Positions 17,494 through 26,254 of a DNA stretch of 32,000 nucleotides are shown here, one piece after another. The notes below the pieces were generated by a model. That model did not search any database, was not told the DNA's origin, and saw nothing but the letters and a program-made list of their open reading frames with translations. Origin of the DNA: Candidatus Heimdallarchaeota archaeon (GTDB lineage: Archaea; Asgardarchaeota; Heimdallarchaeia; Heimdallarchaeales; Heimdallarchaeaceae); assembly GCA_030668875.1 (NCBI GenBank), contig DAOVER010000001.1:1-32000 (forward strand). The letters are read 5' to 3'. Position numbers and translations under genes: made by a program. The first letter of the stretch is position 1, and each line of letters begins with the position of its first letter.

Positions 17494-18615
17494 CTATTTC
17501 TTCTTTTTCTTTTTCTTCTTTTTATCATCTTTTTGTTGTTGTCTAGCAATTTTCTTCCATTTTTTGAGGTTTCTATTTGATTCTTGTCCAAAAACTACAG
17601 CTGAATACTTCCTTCCTTCAGTTTCACCTAAACCTCTTATAGTTAGATTTTCTTCTTCTTCCCTTTTCTTTGTTTCTTGGAGCATCTGTTGAATTATCTC
17701 TTCCCTTCTCTTCATCTTAGCTTGAAGTTCAGGATCAATTTCTACTTCTGGTTCGGGAACTACTTCTGGTTCGGGAACTACTTCTGACTCAAGAATTTTT
17801 TTCGTGGCAATCTTTTCTTCAATTATTGCAATTTCTTTGATTAAAGAGATATCTTCGGTTTCTAATTCCTTTTCCTGTACTTCTACATGTGGAATCTCTT
17901 CTTCTGCAATGGGAACACTTGATGCTTCCTCAACGAATACAAACTTATGAACATCCTCTGGAATATTTTCTGGTTTGATTTGAATATCTTCATCAATCAC
18001 AGGTTCAGTGACTATAGGAGCAGACGAATCTATTGTTTCAATTTCAGTACTAAGATGATCAAGGATTTCTAGTTGTTCAGTTCCTATTGCCTCAGCTTCT
18101 TGAATCTCTTGTTCTGTTTTCAGTTTTTCCGAATCTATTTCTATTTTAGGTTCAGTCACAGAAGACTCTACTGTAGATTCAGCTGGTTGAGTTAATAATT
18201 TTTTAAGAGCTGTTTCTTTTTCATCAGAAGGTAGTGGGATTTTTTCTTGTTCAATTATTTCTTTAATATCTTCCAAATTTGTGTCAGAAATAATCTCTTC
18301 TACATCTTCTCCTGATACTGCTTTAGCTAAACCGATAGTCACTTCTTCAAGCTCTCTAGATCTCTTTATTTGCTCTTCAACAACACCTTCTTCAATGACT
18401 GGCTCTACTTCTTCAACAACACTTTCTTCAATGACTGGCTCTACTTCTTCAACAACACTTTCTTCAATAGTTACCTCTTGTTTTTTCAATTCATCTGCTT
18501 GCGTTGCTTCTTCTTTGGCTTTAGTCTTTGCTAAATCATACAAATATTGGGCAAATCTAGATATATTCTTCTTGTCCCATTCAAGCACTTCGTTCTCTTT
18601 TCCGTTGGAATTCAT
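17494..18615 (-). CDS. Glu-rich low-complexity, probably disordered protein with poly-Lys C-terminus
   Basis: 373-aa ORF dominated by E/V/I/P, with internal tandem repeats; ends KKWKK...DDKKKKKKKKK. Confidence 0.75.
   Translation of the reverse strand: MNSNGKENEVLEWDKKNISRFAQYLYDLAKTKAKEEATQADELKKQEVTIEESVVEEVEPVIEESVVEEVEPVIEEGVVEEQIKRSRELEEVTIGLAKAVSGEDVEEIISDTNLEDIKEIIEQEKIPLPSDEKETALKKLLTQPAESTVESSVTEPKIEIDSEKLKTEQEIQEAEAIGTEQLEILDHLSTEIETIDSSAPIVTEPVIDEDIQIKPENIPEDVHKFVFVEEASSVPIAEEEIPHVEVQEKELETEDISLIKEIAIIEEKIATKKILESEVVPEPEVVPEPEVEIDPELQAKMKRREEIIQQMLQETKKREEEENLTIRGLGETEGRKYSAVVFGQESNRNLKKWKKIARQQQKDDKKKKKKKKK
17742..17786. repeat. 18-bp tandem repeat, ~2.5 copies (encodes VVPEPE)
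   Basis: ctacttctggttcgggaa at 17742 and 17760, partial at 17778. Confidence 0.9.
18374..18468. repeat. 36-bp tandem repeat, ~2.6 copies (encodes EESVVEEVEPVI)
   Basis: tcttcaacaacac(c/t)ttcttcaatgactggctctact at 18374 and 18410, partial at 18446. Confidence 0.9.
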
Positions 18616-18804
18616 AAGGTAACCACTTATCTAGATAATTCTAAATCCTTATTCTTACTTCTTTTCTTGTCTTATTAAATTTTCTTAAGCTTCTAAGATA
18701 TAATTTATAGAAAGCCTCATCTATATTAAATCTATTTGCAAATAGGAAAATAGATACAGGGAAAAATAAACTAAACTTTAATAAGATATTTTAAGGAATA
18801 TAGT

Positions 18805-19851
18805 ATGATGAGTGATTCCCTTAAACCATTGTTAATTCGATTAGTGGATTCCTTTTCCTATTATTTGATAAATGAAGCAAGGATTAGCACTGGTGAAGAG
18901 GTTATGCAATCAAAAATCAATGATATTGCATATAGAAAAGCAAGTGGGAGATTTGGAGAAGTATATGTCATTGACGTGTTTTACAGTTCTGAACATGGGA
19001 ACCATAAAAGCAAATTAGCTATTAAATTCATTGACAATATTGAAGATATAATCACGGAAATAAAAAACACCGCATTTCTTGAAAAGCATTTTTCAACTCG
19101 ATCTATAGTTAAGATTCCTCGTTATATTTATGTAAATTTGAAAAAACCTACTTATATTGCATACGAAGGAATGACTGGAATCAACTATGAAGATGCTCAT
19201 TTAGTTTCTGATAAAAGCTTCTGGGCAGGATATATACTATCAATCATACATGCAGGTAAGCCAAAACCGGTGATTACTGATATCTATGAAGAATTATACA
19301 GAAGATTAATATTATCTGTGTTTGGTGGATCCGAAGAAGAACATAGTATAATGGAAAAATCCAAAATCTTGATCGAAATGATTAAAGCTTCGCAAGGAGG
19401 TAGTGATTCCTTTGGTGACTATCATCAAAGCAATCTTATGGTTCGAGTAGCTCCAGAGGGTGAGGTTGTAAGTATTGCATTAATAGATCCAACTTTCTGG
19501 ATGCAAGGATCATTTGATAGATTTGAAGACATAGGAACATTTTTTGGAAGACAATCATTTCTTGAGTATCGTGTAACAAAATTGCTCACATCAACGATAA
19601 ACGACATACAGCAATTTATTCAAGGTTATAATGTTCACTTGAAAGAAGTAAATGGTGCTTCCTTGGAGGAAATGTATCCAAAAGGGTATCCTATCGATTT
19701 TTTTCTAGCAACATGGGCGATGATGGATGTCTTAGATAAAACAAATAGTTTCAATATAGATGCAAATCATCCAGACATTATCCTGTTAAGAGCATTAGCC
19801 CATTATCTGTTAACAGAACAACCAATAGGAAAAGAAGTGAACAATTTTTAA
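18805..19851 (+). CDS. Protein-kinase-like fold phosphotransferase (APH/atypical kinase family)
   Basis: Gly loop ASGRFGEVY, LAIKF (VAIK-like Lys), helix-C Glu in ITEIKN, hinge IAYEGMTG, catalytic FGDYHQSN, Mg-binding LIDP. Confidence 0.8.
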   Translation: MMSDSLKPLLIRLVDSFSYYLINEARISTGEEVMQSKINDIAYRKASGRFGEVYVIDVFYSSEHGNHKSKLAIKFIDNIEDIITEIKNTAFLEKHFSTRSIVKIPRYIYVNLKKPTYIAYEGMTGINYEDAHLVSDKSFWAGYILSIIHAGKPKPVITDIYEELYRRLILSVFGGSEEEHSIMEKSKILIEMIKASQGGSDSFGDYHQSNLMVRVAPEGEVVSIALIDPTFWMQGSFDRFEDIGTFFGRQSFLEYRVTKLLTSTINDIQQFIQGYNVHLKEVNGASLEEMYPKGYPIDFFLATWAMMDVLDKTNSFNIDANHPDIILLRALAHYLLTEQPIGKEVNNF

Positions 19852-19902
19852 TCCAATTAAGGGGAAAAAATTTATAGAACTAATACAATGTAATTTAGTA
19901 TA

Positions 19903-20745
19903 ATGATTGATTATAATTCAGAAATAATGATATCAGCGTATGTCATTGCTAAGATTTTAGAGGTAGATGCTTTAGATACTTCGAAAGAATCTGCTGGGGT
20001 TCTCTTGGGTTATGTCGATGAAGCAACACAGAAGCTAATCATAACTGATTTTGATACTGGAAAACAAAGACAAACATCGACATTTGTTGTTCTAGATGAT
20101 GAAGCTCTTGTTCAGATTGTTACAGATTTGCAGAATAGAGATAGAAAAGAATCAATTGTTGGATGGGCACATACGCATCCTTCCTATGGTTGTTTCCTTT
20201 CTGGTACAGACAAGGGAACACAAAGAATCTATCAAAATCTCTTCTCCAAAGCAGTAGCTTTAGTGATTGATCCTTCAAAATATTATCAGTCTCAAGAGAG
20301 TTCTGATTTAGAAATTCAGTTTTTTAGATTAATAGATGATATTGATTACAAAGCAATACCTTACCAGCTATTTTTTGATGAACATACCAAACACGTTTCC
20401 AACTTAGCCAAGGTTGACCTCAAATGGGAATTACCTAAATTGACACAAGAAGTTGTTCAACTTTTGCATAAAAAATTTGAAACGATTGTCACTCCATCCT
20501 TAATTGATCAAGATAAGAAATTACTTCATGGACTTGTTGATATACTAAGCGAATCTCACGAAACACTATCGGAAGCTGGGGAAGAAAAAGAAATTCTTGT
20601 GACTATCGATAAAAAACTACACTCAATAAATCAGAATGTTAACAGAATTTACAATGAGGAGACAAATAATATTTATTCGGTAATGAATGTCGTAGCTGTA
20701 ATTATATTGGCCATATCTTGGTTTTTGATTGCTTATTTTGTGTAA
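19903..20745 (+). CDS. MPN+/JAMM metalloisopeptidase (Rpn11/CSN5/AMSH-like) with C-terminal TM tail anchor
   Basis: ESAGVLLG plus IVGWAHTHPSYGCFLSGTD (H-x-H-x7-S-x2-D at 20170-20211) and AVALVIDP. C-terminus VMNVVAVIILAISWFLIAYFV. Confidence 0.88.
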   Translation: MIDYNSEIMISAYVIAKILEVDALDTSKESAGVLLGYVDEATQKLIITDFDTGKQRQTSTFVVLDDEALVQIVTDLQNRDRKESIVGWAHTHPSYGCFLSGTDKGTQRIYQNLFSKAVALVIDPSKYYQSQESSDLEIQFFRLIDDIDYKAIPYQLFFDEHTKHVSNLAKVDLKWELPKLTQEVVQLLHKKFETIVTPSLIDQDKKLLHGLVDILSESHETLSEAGEEKEILVTIDKKLHSINQNVNRIYNEETNNIYSVMNVVAVIILAISWFLIAYFV

Positions 20746-20818
20746 TTTATGGAATATGATTTCAAATTTTTCTTTAATTAATAGAAGGATTTTTCTAATC
20801 GATATTTTAACTTGATTC

Positions 20819-21634
20819 ATGCCTAATATTGAGATTATAGCAATCCCGTCTCACAAAATAATTGAGGAAAATGATGTTTTATTTGATATTTTATTGGAAT
20901 CAATGCAATCAAAATCAATCGTTTTTCAAGAAAATGATGTCTTAATTATTGCTAGTAAAGTTGTTTCTGTAACTGAGGGAAGAGTGGTGAGTTTTGCTAC
21001 AGTTTCTCCATCTCCGCTTGCAAAAAAACTTGCTGAACAAATGCAAACTGCAACTGAGTTCACCCAAATTATACTTGATGAATGTGAAAATAATTACATC
21101 GGCGTTGTTCCAGGAGCTTTAACTACCATTAATAAATATGGGATATTGGCAAATGCTGGTGCAGATCAATCAAATGTTAAAAACAACAAAGCCATAATTC
21201 TTCCTGTTAATTGCAAGAAATCAGCTTATGATCTTCACTCAAGGATATTTGAGACAACTCAAAAAAGGGTTGGCGTAATAATTGCTGACTCTAGAACAAT
21301 GCCAATGAGATTGGGAACAGTTGGGACCGCTTTAGCAACGTATGGATTCAAATCAGTAATCGATGAAAGAGGAAAGAGTGATCTGTTTGAAAGACCTATG
21401 CATATTACCTCTAGGGCAATTGCAGACCAACTTGCTACAGCAGCTGAAATAGTAATGGGTGAAACAGATGAAAGGACCCCATTCGTAATTATTCGAAATT
21501 ATCCTCTGATTCCAATATCTGAGGATGATGAAATTGATATAAATGACCTAATCCTTGCAGATTTATGCATGTACATCGGACCACTCATGCCGTGCATTAA
21601 AGAGAAAATTGAAGGAGAAAAGCAGAATGATTAA
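20819..21634 (+). CDS. cofE: CofE-family gamma-glutamyl ligase (F420-0:L-glutamate ligase-like; possibly FolC2-type folate glutamylase)
   Basis: IASKVVSVTEGR, ANAGADQSN, GVIIADSRTMPMRLGTVG, DERGKSDLF, IADQLATAAEIVMGE...PFVIIR. Confidence 0.85.
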   Translation: MPNIEIIAIPSHKIIEENDVLFDILLESMQSKSIVFQENDVLIIASKVVSVTEGRVVSFATVSPSPLAKKLAEQMQTATEFTQIILDECENNYIGVVPGALTTINKYGILANAGADQSNVKNNKAIILPVNCKKSAYDLHSRIFETTQKRVGVIIADSRTMPMRLGTVGTALATYGFKSVIDERGKSDLFERPMHITSRAIADQLATAAEIVMGETDERTPFVIIRNYPLIPISEDDEIDINDLILADLCMYIGPLMPCIKEKIEGEKQND

Positions 21635-22478
21635 TGGTTTTCTCGGTAATCTCCAAATTGGTGATGACTATCCAGCTAGAATAATAGGAATTGTAAATCT
21701 ATCAAAAGCTTCGTTTTTTAGAGGTTCAGTGGCTTCTTCTCAAAGAGAATTGCAAACATCGATAGAGAAAATGGTTAAAGATGGAGCGAATGGAATTGAT
21801 ATAGGTGCTCAATCTACACGACCAATACAAATCTATGGGGGCGAGGGTCGACTCAATGAGGACCAAGAGCTGAAAATTATAAGGGAAGCCGTTGAAGCAT
21901 CTCTAGATGTATTGAGTAGTTACGATGAAATAGTGCTATCTGTTGATACAATGAGAAAATCTGTAGCAGAATATTCTCTTAAAGAAGGTGTTAGAGTAAT
22001 AAACGATATTTCAGGTTTTAAGAAGGAGAAAGAAATAGCTAAATGCATAGCTGAATTTGATGCTAGTGTTGTTTTGATGGCAGCAAAATCTGAACCTGGT
22101 GATGTATATGAGATCAATGACATATTGCACGAACTACAGAAGAGTCTCTCCATTGGTGAAGAAGCTGGAATTGAAAAGCAAAACATGTCAGTGGACCCTG
22201 GAATTGGAAGCTGGGAAGCTAGAGATTTTAAACATGATTATTCAATAATTAAAAATCTTAAAGAATTTAGAAAATTAGAATCACCTATTTATGTTGGTAT
22301 AAGTAGAAAAACATCTATAGGGAAAATTCTTGAGAATGCTCCGCCAGAAGAACGATTATTCGGATCATTAGGAGCTACTATTATAGCTATTGTAAATGGA
22401 GCTCATGTCATTAGAACTCATGATGTCAGACCAACACTTGAAGCTATTAAAGTTGCTGAGACAATCTTAAATTATTAA
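21627..22478 (+). CDS. folP: Dihydropteroate synthase
   Basis: IIGIVNLSKASF, IDIGAQSTRP, SVDT, INDISG, VDPGIG, GISRK, IRTHDV. ATG at 21627 has SD gaaggag and overlaps the cofE-like stop by 8 nt. Confidence 0.92.
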   Translation: MINGFLGNLQIGDDYPARIIGIVNLSKASFFRGSVASSQRELQTSIEKMVKDGANGIDIGAQSTRPIQIYGGEGRLNEDQELKIIREAVEASLDVLSSYDEIVLSVDTMRKSVAEYSLKEGVRVINDISGFKKEKEIAKCIAEFDASVVLMAAKSEPGDVYEINDILHELQKSLSIGEEAGIEKQNMSVDPGIGSWEARDFKHDYSIIKNLKEFRKLESPIYVGISRKTSIGKILENAPPEERLFGSLGATIIAIVNGAHVIRTHDVRPTLEAIKVAETILNY

Positions 22479-22485
22479 GTTATCA

Positions 22486-23589
22486 TTAAATTGATGAATT
22501 CTTGTAATTATCATCAAAGTAAACACCCTCATCAAATTTAGCAAACCAGGTTGGTAATTTTAATCTCTCTTGTATCCTTTGAAGAATGTCTGCGCCGTTT
22601 TCTTCTACTAGAAGAACGGCACACCCTCCTAATCCAGCACCAGTTAGTTTTCCTCCTAAAGCCCCTTCCTCTATACCTGTTGTTACGATTTTATCCAGTA
22701 TTGGTAGTGAAACTTTAATGCCTTCTCGGAGTGCATCTTGTTGTGAAGATAATAGTTTTCCTAGTAAGTAGAGATTAGGTTTTACGCTCTGAAGCTCTTT
22801 CTCAGCAAGTTTGGTATCTTCTTTAATTTTTATTACCGCTTGAATAATGGATAATTCTTCTTTTGTAAGCTCTTTCTCATGCTTTCCTATATCTTCTCTC
22901 TGAATGAACTCTAACTCTAAGTTTGTCAATTTTTCAATTTTTTGCGCAACCCTCTTTATTTTATAAACTACAGAACCATGTACATCACTTGTTAGTTTGG
23001 GGGTGTTACTATTTACTATAATTAGACCTGAATTAGGATTTTTTAAATACTTAAGTTTAGGTGGTTCTGTGCAGGACAAACTAATAATTGATCCATATGC
23101 ACTAGAGTATTGATCCATTTTTCCACAAGGTATATGCATTATCTCATGTTCTGCATAATAAGCTAATTCCGCTATTTCATCATTTTTTAAATTTAACTCA
23201 AGAATTCCCGCAAGATGTGAAATCCATCCAACTTGAAGGGCGGCAGAGCTAGAAAGGCCACTTGCTACTGGTATAAAACTTTCAATCGTTGCGCTTACTA
23301 AGGGTATCTGTATGTCTTTGAAGTTTTGCTTAAGAGAAATAATTCCTGCTTCCATGAATGACTTGAATGAATCGTTCAAGTTAGATAATTTTTCAATGTT
23401 AGGAGAAATTCTAATTGACTTATTCAGATTCTTACTTGATATTGTCAAATATTCTTCTTTAGTTTTCGCAGAAATTATATTCAATCGGAGATCAATTGCA
23501 GCAGGAATTACTTTTTGAAGCAAATAGTCTTGGTGTTCTCCAAATAAACATACTCTCGCTGGTGCGGATGATAGATACACTGTTACCAA
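22486..23589 (-). CDS. galK: Galactokinase-like GHMP kinase
   Basis: APARVCLFGEHQDY, IPVASGLSSSAA, CGKMDQY, KLTGAGLGGC. Exact sugar substrate not determinable. Confidence 0.8.
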   Translation of the reverse strand: MVTVYLSSAPARVCLFGEHQDYLLQKVIPAAIDLRLNIISAKTKEEYLTISSKNLNKSIRISPNIEKLSNLNDSFKSFMEAGIISLKQNFKDIQIPLVSATIESFIPVASGLSSSAALQVGWISHLAGILELNLKNDEIAELAYYAEHEIMHIPCGKMDQYSSAYGSIISLSCTEPPKLKYLKNPNSGLIIVNSNTPKLTSDVHGSVVYKIKRVAQKIEKLTNLELEFIQREDIGKHEKELTKEELSIIQAVIKIKEDTKLAEKELQSVKPNLYLLGKLLSSQQDALREGIKVSLPILDKIVTTGIEEGALGGKLTGAGLGGCAVLLVEENGADILQRIQERLKLPTWFAKFDEGVYFDDNYKNSSI

Positions 23590-23765
23590 CTTTCTATTCT
23601 CCTACGTCCTAATAATACTTACTTGAAAAATTAATTTATGTCATAGGTCATCAATTGTATTTCTCTTTTCCGTTGTAACAAAGTATTTAAGGAAAAATTA
23701 CTGTATAAAGCGTAGGAATAAATTTCAAGCATACAGAGGTCGTTTCCTTCAATTTGGTGTTATAT

Positions 23766-25007
23766 ATGAACTTATTAGAGAAAATATTCAAAATCTCACA
23801 ATACCTTAAAGATGGAAACTTCAATGTTCAAAACCAAGAGTTTCAAAACGACCCTTGGACAATGGAGTACGTGCATGAGTTATTTATTTCATCAGAACAA
23901 GTAAATAGCCAGATTGTGCGTTTAATTCAACATTTGACAGGCGGGAATGCCATATGCTCAATTATTGGAGGACAAAAATCTGGTAAATCATATTTGATGA
24001 ATATATTACATGATGGTTTGAAAGAAGATTTATGGAAATATACTGAGTATGACAAAGTACATGTTTTACTTTTTAATCCTGATAATTTGAAGGAATGTTC
24101 ACTAACAAATTATTATATGGCTATAGCCGATCAAGTGCTTTCAAAGCATTTTACAAGATATGAAGAAGTAATTGTGGAGTTAAAGAGATATTTAGAAGGT
24201 AATAACGCTCTTCTAGTAGTTATGCTTGATAACTTCCAAAATGACAATCTTTCTACCATCATAAAAAACACAGCAAAACTTCTAAAACCTTTGAAGAATC
24301 ATTTCTCTTGCGTAATTTCAAACCAAATCTATGAAGCAAAGCTTTGTAATGGTGGTTTGGAGAATGGAGGAATGAAACATTTCTCTTACACAATTAGAAT
24401 TCCTGAAGTTCTATCACTAGAAGAAACCAAGTTATTGATTCAAAAACGCATTTCATATGCTTTGAACCAAACTATTGCGAGTGCAACTGACTTTTTCTCG
24501 GAAAGAGCAATAGAAACTGTATGGAATGAATCTCAAGGAAAGCCTTGGCAGTTAATCTCATTATTAGAAGATTCTTATACATATTCCAGAAATCAAGGAT
24601 CAAAAATTGTTTCACATGATGAAGTGCTTACTGTAGCTAAACTATTTGATAGGTCAACGAATCAAGATGGTGTTGAAGATCATGATAATTTTGCTATTCG
24701 ACAGGCTTTGAACAATTTTCCATATAGAGAAAGACAAGTTTGTCAGTATCTTATGCAAAAAGATGCTAGTGCAAAAGAAATAACGATTTATTTATATGGT
24801 GAACTTCCCTCTAACGAGTATAGAAGTAAATATATGGGAACTAAAAGTTTCTTAAAACGACTTAAAGATAAAAACGTAGTAGTGGTTAAAAACCAAACCG
24901 GGAGATCTTTGATATTCGGTATAAATCCAAAGATGAAAGCTATGTTTTCTCAAGGAAGCGATGAAACAGATTCAACCTTCGCAATTGAAAATAAGATAGA
25001 AACCTAA
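23766..25007 (+). CDS. AAA+/Cdc6-ExeA-like P-loop protein with C-terminal winged helix
   Basis: Walker A GGQKSGKS, Walker B LVVMLDN, lid region AIETVWNESQGKPWQL, C-terminal HTH ERQVCQYLMQKDASAKEI...LKRLKDKNVV. ATG at 23766 (TTG at 23754 possible). Confidence 0.7.
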   Translation: MNLLEKIFKISQYLKDGNFNVQNQEFQNDPWTMEYVHELFISSEQVNSQIVRLIQHLTGGNAICSIIGGQKSGKSYLMNILHDGLKEDLWKYTEYDKVHVLLFNPDNLKECSLTNYYMAIADQVLSKHFTRYEEVIVELKRYLEGNNALLVVMLDNFQNDNLSTIIKNTAKLLKPLKNHFSCVISNQIYEAKLCNGGLENGGMKHFSYTIRIPEVLSLEETKLLIQKRISYALNQTIASATDFFSERAIETVWNESQGKPWQLISLLEDSYTYSRNQGSKIVSHDEVLTVAKLFDRSTNQDGVEDHDNFAIRQALNNFPYRERQVCQYLMQKDASAKEITIYLYGELPSNEYRSKYMGTKSFLKRLKDKNVVVVKNQTGRSLIFGINPKMKAMFSQGSDETDSTFAIENKIET

Positions 25008-25030
25008 AAAAGGAGAAAAAGGGAAAGAAG

Positions 25031-26167
25031 TTATTTTTTAGCTATTAATCTAATTATTGGTATGATTTTGAAAATCACATATGCTACTAATAGATTTATT
25101 AGTAAAAGATTTGTGAATTCTGTAAATATTGGGAACCAAGTTGCTGATTCCAAATAGAAATAATAGCTTGATCCAATAAGATTCTGGAAAGGATAACTAT
25201 AAGCACAAATTATTAGAAATGGGACAAGATTTAGTATAAAGAATGGTCCTTCAAAGTTAAACCGCATTTTACCTGAAGTCCCCTCAGCTCTTTGATAAAC
25301 GATAAAAGCCAAGCCTATTCCAATTCCAAATCCTACTATTGGTAATATGTATAACCCATTCAGGTATGTTATAGCCATGAAACTGCCGCTCGGGACTTTC
25401 GAAAACATCTCGTTAAGAAATATAGTATTTGTATCTCCAAAGATTGAAACAGCAGTGCTATTATCAAATATGGTATTTGATAGAGCTATAAATACAAGAG
25501 CTCCTGTAATGCTCAAGAATATAATAATTTGACCGATAATTTCAAATTTCTTACCGTCAATTTGCTTTGTAACGATTTTCCTAGAGATTATAACGAATAC
25601 AATCAAGAATATTAGCGAAAAAACAGCTACAATAATATCCCAAACTGGAACGTTATTTATAAATTCTCCAAATGCTATCCCTACTGAATTATTATGAAAA
25701 TCCTTTTGAGCTTCTTGAAAAGATAAGAACATGCTCACTCCCGATCCAATAAACCCTTGAAGACCGAATATAATTCCTATTAGTAGTAACCCGGTTCTCC
25801 CTGTCATCTCGTTTGTTGCAAAGAATCCTGCGAAAAACGCTGTTACAATAAATATAATGAGAAGTGCAGCTAATCCGTAATCAAATGATTCATATGGGTT
25901 GTAGAATGATAATACTGCTGCTGCACCTATAAGAACAGAAGCAACGACATTCTTTGCTATTGCACTTGAAACAAAAATGACTGCTAGAGTGAAAGTTATA
26001 GTAGTTGGGGTAATCCATTCCCACAAAGCTTCCTCCTGTAGAAATCCCCACATTGGAAGAAATAATTCGGTTAAAGCAATTAAACCTGCTCCGAAAAGTG
26101 TTGAAAGTAAGGTTCTAAGCGAGAAAAATTGTCCAAGATGAAAGTATTTTACTTTTGCCATATACAT
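25031..26167 (-). CDS. Polytopic integral membrane protein, function unknown
   Basis: About ten hydrophobic segments over 378 aa; no recognised motif. Confidence 0.7.
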   Translation of the reverse strand: MYMAKVKYFHLGQFFSLRTLLSTLFGAGLIALTELFLPMWGFLQEEALWEWITPTTITFTLAVIFVSSAIAKNVVASVLIGAAAVLSFYNPYESFDYGLAALLIIFIVTAFFAGFFATNEMTGRTGLLLIGIIFGLQGFIGSGVSMFLSFQEAQKDFHNNSVGIAFGEFINNVPVWDIIVAVFSLIFLIVFVIISRKIVTKQIDGKKFEIIGQIIIFLSITGALVFIALSNTIFDNSTAVSIFGDTNTIFLNEMFSKVPSGSFMAITYLNGLYILPIVGFGIGIGLAFIVYQRAEGTSGKMRFNFEGPFFILNLVPFLIICAYSYPFQNLIGSSYYFYLESATWFPIFTEFTNLLLINLLVAYVIFKIIPIIRLIAKK

Positions 26168-26254
26168 CGTACTCTCTAATATAATTTAAACTAATATTAT
26201 GCATATTAAGTCTTATGGGAAAAAAAAGCTTTTGGAAGTATCCAATTGAAAAAA

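Noticed and set aside
17742-18468. 36-bp and 18-bp repeats as a possible CRISPR array
   Set aside because: They are head-to-tail in-frame coding repeats without unique spacers, and no cas genes are present.
18281-18622. 113-aa Ser/Thr-rich plus-strand ORF with repeats
   Set aside because: It is the antisense shadow of the Glu/Val-rich repeat protein; its composition follows from the reverse-complement codons.
20819-21634. cofE as evidence for F420 biosynthesis or methanogenesis
   Set aside because: No other cof genes are in the window, and coupling to folP gives an alternative explanation.
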